Positions 29,439 to 41,382 of a stretch of DNA of 64,000 nt are shown piece by piece; position 1 is the stretch's first letter, and every line of letters begins with the position of its first letter. The stretch is from NCBI GenBank assembly GCA_038131735.1, contig JAYPPX010000001.1, forward strand, positions 1,274,920 to 1,338,919. Reading direction: 5' to 3'. The stretch is from Hyphomicrobiales bacterium. GTDB lineage: Bacteria; Pseudomonadota; Alphaproteobacteria; Rhizobiales; TMED25. A program made the position numbers and the translations under genes. A model generated the notes under the pieces. That model was not told where the DNA came from. It was given only the letters and a program-made list of their open reading frames with translations, and did no database searches.

Positions 29439-30583
29439 AGATGCCAAATATTGGAATATATGTTCATTGGCCATATTGTTTGTCAAAATGCCCGTATTGC
29501 GACTTCAATAGCCATGTTTCAAAAGAAAAAATTGATCAGTTAAATTACCTCAGTCTTATAAAAAAAGAACTCGACTCATATTCAGAAATTATTGAAAATA
29601 AAACAATAAGCTCAGTTTTTTTTGGAGGAGGGACGCCATCCCTGATGGAACCAAAAATTATTGATAACTTATTAGATCATATAAGTAAAAAATATAAAAC
29701 TGACCAAGCTCTTGAAATCACACTTGAGGCCAACCCAACAAGTGTAGAACAAAATAAATTCATTGCATATTCATCTGCAGGAATAAACCGAGTTTCAATT
29801 GGCGTTCAGTCTTTAAACGATGTTGACCTAAAAAGATTGGGCAGAAATCATACTGCTAAAGAAGCTATAAAGGCTATTGATATAGCCTTTAACAGTTTTA
29901 ACTCTGTCTCTATAGATTTAATATACTGTAGACCAGGGCAAAAAGAAGAAGATTGGGAGAGAGAGTTGCATAAAGCATTGAGTTTATCTACTCAACACCT
30001 GTCACTTTACCAACTAACTATTGAACCAAACACAAGGTATGAAATTTTGTTCAAAGCAGGAAAATTAAAATTACCTGACGAAAATACCTCGGCTAAGTTA
30101 TATCAAATGACTGAAGATATTTGTGAAAAATTTAATTTATATAAATACGAAATATCAAATTTCGCAAAAAATGGTCATCAGTGTCTCCATAATTTGAATT
30201 ATTGGCATAGTGGTGAGTGGATTGGGATTGGACCAGGTGCACACTCCAGAATTATAAAAAATATGAAAAGAACGTCCATCATTAATGAGTATGACCCAAA
30301 AAAATGGTCAAACCTGATAATAAAAAATGGAAATTCTACAATTGAAGAAGAAATTTTAACAAACGAACAAAATTGTGATGAATACTTATTAATGTCAATG
30401 CGAACAACACAAGGGATGAAAATAAAAAAATATAATTCCTTAGGTGGTAAGCTCGACAAAGTCAAAGTTGATCAGTTTATTAATGATGGTTTTCTTGAAA
30501 AAAATAACTACGGTGAGAACATAAATATTACTCGTAAAGGATCAATGTTAAGTGATATGATCATTGCAAATATAGCATCATAA
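29435..30583 (+). CDS. hemW: Radical SAM heme chaperone HemW
   Basis: YVHWPYCLSKCPYCDFN, GGGTPS, YEISNFA, HNLNYW; position after rdgB. Confidence 0.93.
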   Translation: MKMPNIGIYVHWPYCLSKCPYCDFNSHVSKEKIDQLNYLSLIKKELDSYSEIIENKTISSVFFGGGTPSLMEPKIIDNLLDHISKKYKTDQALEITLEANPTSVEQNKFIAYSSAGINRVSIGVQSLNDVDLKRLGRNHTAKEAIKAIDIAFNSFNSVSIDLIYCRPGQKEEDWERELHKALSLSTQHLSLYQLTIEPNTRYEILFKAGKLKLPDENTSAKLYQMTEDICEKFNLYKYEISNFAKNGHQCLHNLNYWHSGEWIGIGPGAHSRIIKNMKRTSIINEYDPKKWSNLIIKNGNSTIEEEILTNEQNCDEYLLMSMRTTQGMKIKKYNSLGGKLDKVKVDQFINDGFLEKNNYGENINITRKGSMLSDMIIANIAS

Positions 30584-30593
30584 AGACCAAAAA

Positions 30594-31463
30594 ATGAACG
30601 ACGAATACAAAAAGATGCAAGATAAAATCGACGCAGGTTTATACTTAGTCGCAACCCCAATTGGAAATCTAGAAGATATTACTCTCAGAGCTTTACGTAT
30701 ATTGAATTGTGTAGATAAAATTTATTGCGAAGATACACGAGTAACGAAAAAATTATTAAATTATTATAAAATTGAAAAGAAATTATACAAATATAATGAT
30801 TACAGTAATCAAGATGACAGACAAGTAATATTAAAAGACATCTTGAATGGGTTAAGTGTTGCAATATTATCAGATGCTGGAACACCACTCATTTCTGATC
30901 CAGGATATAAGCTTGTAAAAATGTTAAGGGATAGTGATATCAATATTACCTCGATACCTGGTCCCTCTGCCTTAACTTCATCAGCAGTTCTATCTGGACT
31001 ACCTACAGATAAACTATATTTCATAGGCTTTTTACCAAATACTACATCAAAAAGGAAAATTGAACTTGAAAAAGTAAAAACATTAAATACTACTGTTGTC
31101 ATATTTGAAAGTTCAAAAAAATTACCCAAGACATTAGATGAAATTAAAAATATTTATGGAAATATTGATATTACTATTGCAAGGGAATTGACGAAGATTT
31201 TCGAGGAAGTAATAAGCACTAAAATTGATGAAATAATCAAGATAAGTTCTGAAAATAAAATTAGAGGAGAGATTGTTATTCTATTTAACACTTCTCAATT
31301 TAATAATATTGTTGATGATGATGAAATTGAGGCTGAAATCAGAAAATTAATAAATGATTTGCCACTAAAACAAATTACAAATATTATTCATACAAAATAT
31401 AATCTACCCAAAAAGAGAATTTATGACCTTTGTCTTAAATTAAAAAATAATAATAAATATTAG
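30594..31463 (+). CDS. rsmI: 16S rRNA C1402 2'-O-methyltransferase
   Basis: LYLVATPIGNLEDIT, CEDTR, SDAGTPLISDPG, RELTKIFEE. Confidence 0.97.
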   Translation: MNDEYKKMQDKIDAGLYLVATPIGNLEDITLRALRILNCVDKIYCEDTRVTKKLLNYYKIEKKLYKYNDYSNQDDRQVILKDILNGLSVAILSDAGTPLISDPGYKLVKMLRDSDINITSIPGPSALTSSAVLSGLPTDKLYFIGFLPNTTSKRKIELEKVKTLNTTVVIFESSKKLPKTLDEIKNIYGNIDITIARELTKIFEEVISTKIDEIIKISSENKIRGEIVILFNTSQFNNIVDDDEIEAEIRKLINDLPLKQITNIIHTKYNLPKKRIYDLCLKLKNNNKY

Positions 31464-31495
31464 ATAACTATAAACAATAAAATATTGGTTTTAGT

Positions 31496-32428
31496 ATGAA
31501 AATTATTGTCCAAATGGATCCCGTTGAAAAACTAAACCTTGAAGGAGATAGTACTTTTGCACTTCTATATGAAGCGCAAACTAGAGGCTATGAAATAGAT
31601 TTTTATACTCCTGATATGCTGACATTAGAAGATGGGATATTATTCGCTGAAGCTTACCAAATAAACTTAAAAAATAACCCTAGTGAAATAATCAAATCTA
31701 GTGGGGCCAGAAGTGTTCAACTAGATAAATATGATGTTGTTTTAATGAGACAAGATCCTCCATTTGATATGAACTACATTACCGCAACACACTTATTGGA
31801 AACGATACAGGAAAGAGTGCTTGTCTTAAATAATCCTTTCTATGTGAGAAATTGCCCTGAAAAAATTTTTGTAAATAAATTTAAAAAATTTATGCCACCA
31901 ACAATGATAACAAGAAATATCACTGAAATTAGTAAATTCAGAGATAAATATGATGAAATTATCATCAAACCACTATATGGAAATGGTGGAGCGAGTATTT
32001 TTTATTCCAACAAATCTGATAGAAATTTTAGTTCAATAATCGAAAACTTTATGAATATCAGTAATGAACCTTTTATTATTCAAAAATTCATACCAAATGT
32101 AAGCCATGGTGATAAAAGAATCATTTTAATTAATGGTAAAATTGCTGGTGCTATCAATAGATTACCCCAAAATGGAGAAATACGATCAAATATGCATGTT
32201 GGTGGACAAGCAGTTAAAACTGAGATAACTCCTAATGAGAGAAAAATCTGCGACGCGTTATCAGCTGATCTTATTAATTATGGTCTCTTTTTTGTTGGTA
32301 TTGATGTAATTGATAATTTTATTACTGAAATTAACGTTACATCTCCAACAGGTATAAGAGAAATTCACAAACTTACTGGTCAAAATATTGCTGAACATTT
32401 TTGGGATGAAGCAGTAAAACTTTTATAA
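31496..32428 (+). CDS. gshB: Glutathione synthetase
   Basis: QMDP, MRQDPPFDMNY, GDKR, TEINVTSPTG. Confidence 0.97.
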   Translation: MKIIVQMDPVEKLNLEGDSTFALLYEAQTRGYEIDFYTPDMLTLEDGILFAEAYQINLKNNPSEIIKSSGARSVQLDKYDVVLMRQDPPFDMNYITATHLLETIQERVLVLNNPFYVRNCPEKIFVNKFKKFMPPTMITRNITEISKFRDKYDEIIIKPLYGNGGASIFYSNKSDRNFSSIIENFMNISNEPFIIQKFIPNVSHGDKRIILINGKIAGAINRLPQNGEIRSNMHVGGQAVKTEITPNERKICDALSADLINYGLFFVGIDVIDNFITEINVTSPTGIREIHKLTGQNIAEHFWDEAVKLL

Positions 32429-32448
32429 ATAAGTCACAAGACTCTTAT

Positions 32449-33330
32449 TTGATGTTTAATATAAGTAAAAAAATCAAAAAATATATTTCGTTAAAATACA
32501 ATAACGGTATTTTGACGTTAAAACTTAGGCTAAACAAAGAACCCATTAATGTATCCCTAGAGACACGACTGGCTAAAACAAAAAATGAAATAAAAGCTGC
32601 TCAACAATTAAGATATCGAGTTTTCTATAAAGAGTTATCTGCTCATCCAAATCTCATAACAAGATTTACAAGAAGAGACAAAGATGCCTATGATAAAATT
32701 TGCCAACATATGCTTGTTATCGACAAATCAAATAAAAAAAGAGGTGTCCCACTTATTGGAAAGAATAAAGAAAAAGTTGTTGGAACATACAGATTATTAC
32801 CTCAAAGAACTGCTCAAGAAAATAGAGGGTTCTATTCTCAAGATGAATACAACTTGCTACCTTTGCTTGAAAGACATCCCAAAAAAAAATTCCTTGAACT
32901 CGGTCGTTCTTGTGTTTTGCAGACATATAGAAAAAAATCAACTATAGAATTATTATGGCAAGGAGTTTGGAAATATATTAGAGAAAATGATTTTGATGTT
33001 ATGATCGGTTGTGCAAGCTTTCAATGTACTGAACCCACTGAAATAGCAGAGGCTCTAAGTTTTCTATATCATTATTCTTTGGCGCCAGAGGAATGGATGG
33101 TTAGAGCATTACCATCTAGATATACGAATATGAATTTAATTGAAAAAGAAAAAATTAACACAAAAGATGCTCTAAAGACGCTCCCACCTCTTATTAAGGG
33201 TTATCTTCGCCTGGGAGCATACATCGGTGATGGTGCAGTGATTGATAAGCAATTTGGTACAATTGATGTATTTGTAATTATGCCTAAAGATAAAATTGAA
33301 AAAAGATTTGTAGATAAATTTACTATATAA
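32449..33330 (+). CDS. olsB: L-ornithine N-acyltransferase (GNAT, OlsB-like)
   Basis: AAQQLRYRVFY, VGTYRL, ELGRSCV, LPPLIKGYLRLGA, DKQFGTIDV; lies next to mutS as recalled for rhizobia. Confidence 0.8.
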   Translation: MMFNISKKIKKYISLKYNNGILTLKLRLNKEPINVSLETRLAKTKNEIKAAQQLRYRVFYKELSAHPNLITRFTRRDKDAYDKICQHMLVIDKSNKKRGVPLIGKNKEKVVGTYRLLPQRTAQENRGFYSQDEYNLLPLLERHPKKKFLELGRSCVLQTYRKKSTIELLWQGVWKYIRENDFDVMIGCASFQCTEPTEIAEALSFLYHYSLAPEEWMVRALPSRYTNMNLIEKEKINTKDALKTLPPLIKGYLRLGAYIGDGAVIDKQFGTIDVFVIMPKDKIEKRFVDKFTI

Positions 33331-33367
33331 TAAACATTATTTAACGATGTTTTAGACTTATTTTTAT

Positions 33368-36010
33368 ATGGCATTAAATAAAGAAAAAAATCTGGGAGAA
33401 AATTCAACTCTCACGCCAATGATGGCCCAATATTCAAATATAAAGTCACTCTATCCAGATCACTTGCTTTTCTATCAAATGGGTGATTTTTACGAAATGT
33501 TTTTCGAGGATGCAATAGACGCTGCTCCAGTTTTAGGAATTACATTAACAAAAAGAGGTTATCAAAACGGTGAAGAAATTCCTATGTGTGGTATCCCCAT
33601 ATCTGCAGTTAATCAGTACATTCCCAAATTGATCAATAACGGACAAAAAGTTGCTATCTGTGAGCAGTCAAAAGAAAACACAACTCAAAATAATAAAAAA
33701 ATTGTAGAGAGAAAAATCACAAGAATAATCACATCAGGCACTCTAACTGATGATAATTTACTGAATTCTAAAAATAATAATTTTTTATTATCAATTTATG
33801 ATAACAAGCAAAATATTGGGTTATCTTGGTGTGATATTTCAACAGGAGAAATATTCTTTTCAACCACAGAAAGAAAAAACCTTAGCAATGAGATCTGCAC
33901 AATTAATCCAAAAGAAATCTTGGTCCAGAAAGATAGTTCTGCACTAATTGATAAGGAAAGAGATTATAAGATAACTGAAATTGACTCGCGTAATTTCCAA
34001 ATAAATATATGTGAAAGACTTATCAGAGAACAATATCAACTATCACAACTAGATGGGTTTGGTATAAATTCTCCTGAACAAATTTCGGCAATAGGAAGCC
34101 TTCTTGGCTATATAGAACTGACACAAATCGATAAACGTCCTCTGTTGCAAAGACCGAAAAATAGAACTGACATTGATTATATGTTAATTGATGAGGCGAC
34201 CCAAAATAGCTTGGAAATTCTTATTAATAACAGGGGTAAAAAACAAGGATCACTTCTTAACTCTCTAGATAAAACTATTACTTCTGCAGGGGGAAGAAAA
34301 TTATGTCAACGAGTTATAAGACCATCAACATCAGTTGATGAGATCAATCTTAGGCTTGCTGATATTGAATTTTCTATCAAAAATAAAACATTCTCAGAAA
34401 AAGTTAGAAACTTGTTAAAAGAATTTCCTGATATCACTAGGCCACTCCTGAGACTGTCTCTCGGAAGGTCTTCCCCAAGGGATATGGGGTCAATTAGATC
34501 AGGTCTAGGAATAGTAAAACTATTTAATACCCTTAATGATCCCGATACAGAACACAACGTTCCACCCAGATTAACCAATCAATTAAAAATTATTCAGGGT
34601 GAATCAAAAAAAAATTTATTCACAACTCTAAACAATGCACTAAATGAAAATCTTCCAAATTCAATTACTGATGGGAATATTTTTAGAGATGGTTATTCAG
34701 AAGAATTAGACAAACTTAGAATGCTGAAAAACAACACAACAAGATTCATTCTTGAGCTGCAAGAAAAATATATGCTTGAAACTAATATAAAAGCACTAAA
34801 AATAAAATATAATAACTTTCTTGGTTATTTTATTGAATGTCCTTCGAGTAACGCGCCTCTAATAGAGGAATTGGTTAGAGAAAACTCCTTCATTCACAGA
34901 CAAACACTCAAAAACCAAATCAGATTTACCACGGCTGAATTAAATGAACTTCAAACAAAAATTATTGAGTCATCTCAAAAGATCTATGAATTAGAAGAAA
35001 ATTATTTCAATGATTTATCCAAAGTAATTATTGAAAACTCAGAATCTATTAATCTCATAAGCGATGCTATAGCCGAGATTGATATTACCATGTCATTCGC
35101 AAAATTAGCTACTGAACGCGGTTATTGCAAACCTATAGTAAATGACTCTAAAAAATTTATTGTCGAAAAAGGACGTCATATTACAGTTGAAGAGTCCCTT
35201 TTAACTGACAAAAATCAGAAATTCATAGCAAATGATTGCACAATGGATGAAAACAAAAATGTTCAACTAATTACTGGCCCTAACATGGCAGGTAAATCAA
35301 CATATTTAAGACAAAATGCTCTTATTGCAATAATTGCTCAAATTGGATCTTTTGTACCTGCTAAATCTGCTGAAATTGGAATTATAGATAAAATTTTTTC
35401 AAGGGTTGGTGCCTCTGATGATCTTGCAGCAGGAAGGTCAACCTTTATGGTGGAAATGGTAGAAACATCTATCATTCTAAATCAAGCAACTTCTAGATCC
35501 TTTGTAATCATTGACGAGATTGGAAGAGGAACTGCTACTTTTGATGGGCTTGCAATTGCATGGGCAACTCTCGAATTTCTAGCTAAGGAAAATAATTGCA
35601 GAACAATCTTTGCAACACATTTTCATGAGTTAACAAATTTAACTTTAGAATTAAAAAATATTCAAAATATGGCAATGCAAATAAGCGAAGAAGCCGGAGA
35701 AATTATATTCTTACACGAGATTAAAACAGGAATTGTAGATAAATCTTATGGAATACAAGTAAGTAAGTTAGCAGGCTTACCTATATCTGTTACTCAAAAA
35801 GCTGAAATAATCCTCAAAGAACTTGAATCACAAAATTACCTCTCCAGAAAGGATCAGCTATCACTATTTGCTGAAAATAAACACAAAGAAAAATATACAA
35901 AAGATCAATTAAAGGAAGAATTACTGAAAATTAATATAGAAGATACAACGCCCATTGAAGCGTTCAATATATTACTTAAATTAAAAGACATAGCGAATGA
36001 GAAAAAATAA
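33368..36010 (+). CDS. mutS: DNA mismatch repair protein MutS
   Basis: TPMMAQY, GDFYEMFF, TGPNMAGKST, STFMVEM, DEIGRGT, SYGIQV. Confidence 0.98.
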   Translation: MALNKEKNLGENSTLTPMMAQYSNIKSLYPDHLLFYQMGDFYEMFFEDAIDAAPVLGITLTKRGYQNGEEIPMCGIPISAVNQYIPKLINNGQKVAICEQSKENTTQNNKKIVERKITRIITSGTLTDDNLLNSKNNNFLLSIYDNKQNIGLSWCDISTGEIFFSTTERKNLSNEICTINPKEILVQKDSSALIDKERDYKITEIDSRNFQINICERLIREQYQLSQLDGFGINSPEQISAIGSLLGYIELTQIDKRPLLQRPKNRTDIDYMLIDEATQNSLEILINNRGKKQGSLLNSLDKTITSAGGRKLCQRVIRPSTSVDEINLRLADIEFSIKNKTFSEKVRNLLKEFPDITRPLLRLSLGRSSPRDMGSIRSGLGIVKLFNTLNDPDTEHNVPPRLTNQLKIIQGESKKNLFTTLNNALNENLPNSITDGNIFRDGYSEELDKLRMLKNNTTRFILELQEKYMLETNIKALKIKYNNFLGYFIECPSSNAPLIEELVRENSFIHRQTLKNQIRFTTAELNELQTKIIESSQKIYELEENYFNDLSKVIIENSESINLISDAIAEIDITMSFAKLATERGYCKPIVNDSKKFIVEKGRHITVEESLLTDKNQKFIANDCTMDENKNVQLITGPNMAGKSTYLRQNALIAIIAQIGSFVPAKSAEIGIIDKIFSRVGASDDLAAGRSTFMVEMVETSIILNQATSRSFVIIDEIGRGTATFDGLAIAWATLEFLAKENNCRTIFATHFHELTNLTLELKNIQNMAMQISEEAGEIIFLHEIKTGIVDKSYGIQVSKLAGLPISVTQKAEIILKELESQNYLSRKDQLSLFAENKHKEKYTKDQLKEELLKINIEDTTPIEAFNILLKLKDIANEKK

Positions 36011-38762
36011 AAAAAATTTGATTGAAAATACTGATAGCTTATTTGATATAGAAAATATACGTTCACTTGTTCTGCAAACACAAAATTCAAAACAAATTAA
36101 AGGTAAAAAAAATAATAATCGAAATGAGATTCTTTCAACTCTCAATAATGTTATTGATAGTGCCAGAACAAATGCTGAAAAATCTCTAATTGAACATGGC
36201 AGCGGTCTTAGAACTGCAAGAAGCATATCAAGATTTCAAGACGATCTCATAAAAATAATATACGAGTATGTGATAAATTGTGTCTGTATACCAAATGATC
36301 CAAAGGAAGAAGAAAACTTGTGCTTGGTTGCTGTTGGAGGATATGGAAGAGGAACTTTAGCTCCATTTTCAGATATAGACCTTCTATTTTTATATCCTAA
36401 TAAACTTACAACATGGACAGAATCGGTTATTGAAAATATTCTATATATATTATGGGATTTAGGATTTAAGGTTGGCCATGCAACTAGAAATTTACAGCAA
36501 TGTCTAAAATCATCAAAATCTGATTTTACAATTAGGACGTCCATACTGGAAGCAAGATATATTCTTGGTAGAATAGAATTGTTCAATAATTTAATCCATA
36601 AATTTAATGAAGAAATAGTAGCTAAGACAGCAGACGAATTTATCGAAATGAAACTTGAAGAAAGGGACCAAAGACATCTAACATATGGTTCTTCTCGTTA
36701 TCTTGTGGAACCCAATATAAAAGAGAGTAAGGGTGGGTTAAGGGATCTTCATACATTATTTTGGATTGGAAAATATCTCTATAGACCTGAAAAGATTGAA
36801 GATCTTGTAAAAAATCATCAATTTTTAACTAGGACTGAATTTAATAGATTTGCAAAAGCAGAAGACTTCTTATGGGTTGTGCGTTGTCATCTTCATTTTA
36901 TTTCTAATAGAGATAATGAAATCCTGACTTTTGATAAGCAGCTTGAACTCGCTTCAAGACTCGGTTATTCAACCAGAGACGGGCAAAGGGATGTGGAAAG
37001 ATTCATGAAGCATTACTTCATGACTGCAAAAGAGGTTGGTAATCTAACACGGATAGTTTGCTCATCTCTAGAAGATCGATCAATCAAGAGTGAACCAAGG
37101 TTATATAAAGTACTTGATAATATTTTTACCCTTAAAAAGAAAAATGAAAATTTTTATACTAAAAAAGGTCGATTATATAAAAAAGATGAATTTGACTTCC
37201 ATAAAAATAGAATCGATTTAATTAGACTTTTTATGATATCCGATCAAGACAATGTCTTATTGAGCCCGCAGATAATTCAATCAATTACAAGATCTCTAAA
37301 ATATATCGATAGTTCTCTTAGAAAAAATAAATCTGCAAATAGAGTTTTACTGGATATTTTTTCTAAAGCCACAAATCCAGAGGTTACATTAAGAACAATG
37401 AATGATACCGGCGTTCTTGGAAAGTTTTTACCTGAATTTGGTAAGGTGGAGGGAATGTCATTATTCAACCTTTACCATAATTTTACGGTAGATGAGCATC
37501 TGCTTAAAACTGTGGGTCAGATGAACAAAATTATAAAGGGAGAATTAGAACAACCTCACCCATTCAATAAAGACTTTTCAGCAAAATTAAAGAATAAGAG
37601 AGTTCTTCTAATTGCTGCTTTCTTACATGATATCGGCAAAGGTCGAAAACAAGATCATAGTATTATTGGTGCAAATATCGCAGAAAAAGTTTGCTTAAGA
37701 CTTGGTATGAAAAAAAATGAAATTGAACAAGTTTCCTGGTTAATAAAGTATCATCTTTATATGAGCGATGTAGCTCAGAAAAGAGACTTGTATGATATAA
37801 AAACAATTGTTGATTTTGCGTCTATTATAAAAAATCAAACAAACCTAGACAATCTACTAGCGTTGACAGTTGCTGATATTATGTCAGTCGGTCCCAACAT
37901 TTGGAATGCTTGGAAAAGTGGCTTATTAAAAACTCTATACCTTCAAACAACGGACTATTTTAATGGTGAAAATAAAAGTGAGCAAAAAAGCATTAACGCA
38001 AAATTTGAGGCACAAGATAAATTTACAGAACATGTAAGTGATTGGCCAAAGAAACTCATTAACTCATATTTGGCACGCTTCAGTGACTCATACTGGTTAA
38101 CTACTTCACTTGAAGATCAAATAAGACATGCCCAAATACTTAGAGATAAAGACTCTAAAGATATTTCTCTTGAAATATTTGGTTCCAAAAATGAGCAAAA
38201 TAATACAACATCAATTACTCTCATTGGTCCAGATTACCCAAATCTTCTCGCAACATTGGCAGGAGCCTGCTTGCTTTTAGACGCCAATATAGTAGATGCA
38301 CAAATTGAAACCACAGTTGATGGAATTGCAATTGATACAATATCAGTAAGCAGAGAATTCAATGATCAAGATGAAGATAGAAGAATTGGTAAAATATCTC
38401 AAATTATAAAAGATAGCTTGGGAGGAGCACTATCCCTGGATCTGGAGTTATCAAAAAAGAAGAAGAATATTCAACATGAAAAAACATTTAAGGTTAGAAA
38501 TAAGATTAATATTACAAATGAATTATCCCACAACTCAACCGTTGTAGAGGTAGAGGCAAGAGATAAGCCAGGCCTACTATTTCAGATAACTAATATATTA
38601 AAGGAAACTAATATTAATATTAAGTCTGCGCACATTGTCACGTTTGGAGAGAGAGCTAACGATGTTTTTTATATAACGAATTTATTTGGAGAAAAAATTG
38701 ATAGTGAAGAAAAATTAAATCGAATTAGAGATTTAATTTTGAGATCTTTAAAAGAAAAATAA
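35997..38762 (+). CDS. glnD: PII uridylyltransferase/uridylyl-removing enzyme
   Basis: GGYGRG..SDIDLL, GGLRD, HD domain (YHNFTVDEH, LHDIGKG), two ACT domains (DKPGLL). Confidence 0.97.
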   Translation: MRKNKKNLIENTDSLFDIENIRSLVLQTQNSKQIKGKKNNNRNEILSTLNNVIDSARTNAEKSLIEHGSGLRTARSISRFQDDLIKIIYEYVINCVCIPNDPKEEENLCLVAVGGYGRGTLAPFSDIDLLFLYPNKLTTWTESVIENILYILWDLGFKVGHATRNLQQCLKSSKSDFTIRTSILEARYILGRIELFNNLIHKFNEEIVAKTADEFIEMKLEERDQRHLTYGSSRYLVEPNIKESKGGLRDLHTLFWIGKYLYRPEKIEDLVKNHQFLTRTEFNRFAKAEDFLWVVRCHLHFISNRDNEILTFDKQLELASRLGYSTRDGQRDVERFMKHYFMTAKEVGNLTRIVCSSLEDRSIKSEPRLYKVLDNIFTLKKKNENFYTKKGRLYKKDEFDFHKNRIDLIRLFMISDQDNVLLSPQIIQSITRSLKYIDSSLRKNKSANRVLLDIFSKATNPEVTLRTMNDTGVLGKFLPEFGKVEGMSLFNLYHNFTVDEHLLKTVGQMNKIIKGELEQPHPFNKDFSAKLKNKRVLLIAAFLHDIGKGRKQDHSIIGANIAEKVCLRLGMKKNEIEQVSWLIKYHLYMSDVAQKRDLYDIKTIVDFASIIKNQTNLDNLLALTVADIMSVGPNIWNAWKSGLLKTLYLQTTDYFNGENKSEQKSINAKFEAQDKFTEHVSDWPKKLINSYLARFSDSYWLTTSLEDQIRHAQILRDKDSKDISLEIFGSKNEQNNTTSITLIGPDYPNLLATLAGACLLLDANIVDAQIETTVDGIAIDTISVSREFNDQDEDRRIGKISQIIKDSLGGALSLDLELSKKKKNIQHEKTFKVRNKINITNELSHNSTVVEVEARDKPGLLFQITNILKETNINIKSAHIVTFGERANDVFYITNLFGEKIDSEEKLNRIRDLILRSLKEK

Positions 38763-38770
38763 ATGAACTT

Positions 38771-40321
38771 ATGCAGATTATTAAGCCTTTAATAAAAACA
38801 TCCGGTATGACTCTCATTAGTAGGGTGCTTGGCTTCTTAAGAGATATTCTCATAGCAGCATCTCTTGGAGCTGGAGGAATTGCAGATGTTTTCTTTGTTG
38901 CAATGAGATTCCCCAATATATTCAGACGAGTGCTTGCTGAAGGCACACTTAATATATCTTTCATTCCACTTTTTTCAAAAAAAACAACAAACGCTGATAA
39001 AAAAATATTTTTTAGAGAAATTTTTAATTTCATATTCTGGATATTGATTATAATTGTGTGTGTATTTGAATTATTCATGCCATTTTTTGTTTATTTTCTA
39101 GCGCCTGGATTTATAGAGGATAAAGAAAAATTTGACTTAATCATTCAACTTGCCAGAATATCTTTCCCGTACTTATTTTTTATATCTCTTGTTTCACTTC
39201 TTTGTGGCGTTTTGAACTCTATTCAAAAATTTACACTTGCCGCTTCGATGCCCATTTTTCTAAATTTATCTATGATACTGACACTTGTAATTTTGATTAA
39301 TCTGGACACCCCAAATTCAGAAGAGTCTGTTTTTTATTTGACTTTGAGTTTTTCATTATCAGGGTTGATACAATTATTTTTATGTCTATACGGCTGTTAC
39401 AAAAACGGATATATACCAAATATCAGAATTCCAAATATATCCAAAAATATAAAAGACTTTCTACGTCTATGCTTTCCAGCAATCGGTGCAGGTGGGGTAA
39501 TACAGATCAATATACTTATTGGAACTATAATAGCATCATTCCAAGATAGTGCAGTTTCATATTTATATTATGCAGATAGAGTTTATCAACTTCCACTTGC
39601 ACTTATTGGAATTTCGATTGGTGTAGTACTTTTACCTCAATTATCAATTGCGATAAAAAATGAGTCAAAAAACAATATTCTTGCTCTACAAGATAAATCT
39701 ATAAATGTAGCATTACTATTAGCAATACCAGCAACATTTGGTCTCATGTTTTTATCTTACGATATAATTTCTGTTTTATTTGAGAGAGGTTACTTCACAA
39801 GCGAAGACAGCTTGGCAACATCCAGAGCATTAATAATTTTTGCTGCCGGACTTCCTGCATTTATATCTATAAAAATTTTTCAAACGCTTTTCTTTGCACG
39901 TGAAAACACACAAAAACCTCTGAAATATGCAGTTTATAGTATGATCACGAATATACTCCTATCAATCATATTATTTAGGAATATTGGCTACATGGGTATT
40001 GCTATAGGAACCTCGATATCTGCCTGGCTAAATTTAGCTCTATTAATTAATGAGTCAATTCAGCAAAAAATTTATTTTGTTAAAAAGTCTGCTCTAATCC
40101 AATTATTTAAGACAGTGTTAGCTTCACTTTTAATGATCATATTATTATATTGTCTCAAAAATTTTACTTTATTATCTATAAACTCTGTTTCACAGATTGT
40201 TAATTTTTTAACACTTATAATATATGTAGTAATTGGTATGATATTTTATGGTATATTGTGCGTGACAACTCAAATTAATAGAGTTCAACAAAATACTCAA
40301 AGGATAGTTTTTAAATTATGA
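38771..40321 (+). CDS. murJ: Lipid II flippase MurJ
   Basis: [35 protein letters not shown]. Confidence 0.96.
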   Translation: MQIIKPLIKTSGMTLISRVLGFLRDILIAASLGAGGIADVFFVAMRFPNIFRRVLAEGTLNISFIPLFSKKTTNADKKIFFREIFNFIFWILIIIVCVFELFMPFFVYFLAPGFIEDKEKFDLIIQLARISFPYLFFISLVSLLCGVLNSIQKFTLAASMPIFLNLSMILTLVILINLDTPNSEESVFYLTLSFSLSGLIQLFLCLYGCYKNGYIPNIRIPNISKNIKDFLRLCFPAIGAGGVIQINILIGTIIASFQDSAVSYLYYADRVYQLPLALIGISIGVVLLPQLSIAIKNESKNNILALQDKSINVALLLAIPATFGLMFLSYDIISVLFERGYFTSEDSLATSRALIIFAAGLPAFISIKIFQTLFFARENTQKPLKYAVYSMITNILLSIILFRNIGYMGIAIGTSISAWLNLALLINESIQQKIYFVKKSALIQLFKTVLASLLMIILLYCLKNFTLLSINSVSQIVNFLTLIIYVVIGMIFYGILCVTTQINRVQQNTQRIVFKL

Positions 40322-41334
40322 GAGTTTTTTCTGGTATACAACCATCCGGTAATTTGCATCTAGGTAATTATTTGGGTGCGATCGTAAATTTTGTAAAGCT
40401 ACAAAATAATGCTGAATGTATCTATTGTGTGGTTGATCTGCATTCAATTACTGTTTGGCAAGATCCATCAAAATTGCAAAAAAATATCAATGAAATTACA
40501 GCTGGCTTTATTGCGTCTGGTCTCGATCCTGAAAAAAGTATAATTTTCAATCAAAGCAAAGTAAAAGAACATGCAGAGCTTTCTTGGCTTCTAAACTGTG
40601 TTGCAAGAGTTGGCTGGCTGAATAGAATGACTCAATTTAAAGAGAAAGCTGGTAAAAATAAAGAGAACATGTCTGTGGGATTATATACTTACCCAATACT
40701 TATGGCTGCTGATATTTTAGCTTATAAGGCTACGCACGTGCCAGTTGGAGAAGATCAAAAACAACACATAGAACTGTCAAGGGATATTGCTCAAAAATTC
40801 AACATAGATTTTAAAGATAGGATACAACTTCTAACTGACAGGGAAGACTTCTTTGTCTTACCAGAGCCTTTGATAAGTGGTCCTGTTCCAAGAGTTATGT
40901 CACTAAGAGACGGTCTAAAAAAGATGTCTAGCTCAGAAATTTCAGATATGACTAGAATTAATATTCTTGATGAAGCTGATCTTATAGCAAATAAAATAAA
41001 AAAAGCAAAAACAGACTCAGATAACATACCTGATAACTATGAATTAATTAACGATCGCCCAGAGTTAAAAAATCTTCTTTCAATATATGCTGGGGTCCTA
41101 GGTGAGTCTCCAACAAAAATAATAGAAGATTTTAGTGGTAAACAATTTTCTCATTTAAAAACCAGCTTAACAGAACTGCTTATTGAAAAAATTTGCCCAA
41201 TTGGAAATGAAATGAAAAAAATTATGAATGATAAATCTTATATCGATAATATTCTAAATAATGGTGCGTTAAGAGCCCGTGAAATCTCTGAGCCCGTTCT
41301 GGTAGAAACAAAAAAAATAATAGGTTTGGGCTGA
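40318..41334 (+). CDS. trpS: Tryptophan--tRNA ligase
   Basis: [27 protein letters not shown] variant of KMSKS. Confidence 0.97.
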   Translation: MRVFSGIQPSGNLHLGNYLGAIVNFVKLQNNAECIYCVVDLHSITVWQDPSKLQKNINEITAGFIASGLDPEKSIIFNQSKVKEHAELSWLLNCVARVGWLNRMTQFKEKAGKNKENMSVGLYTYPILMAADILAYKATHVPVGEDQKQHIELSRDIAQKFNIDFKDRIQLLTDREDFFVLPEPLISGPVPRVMSLRDGLKKMSSSEISDMTRINILDEADLIANKIKKAKTDSDNIPDNYELINDRPELKNLLSIYAGVLGESPTKIIEDFSGKQFSHLKTSLTELLIEKICPIGNEMKKIMNDKSYIDNILNNGALRAREISEPVLVETKKIIGLG

Positions 41335-41382
41335 AATAAAGCGTATAATATTTATATTATTTATTTTGTATGTTTTATTGTT

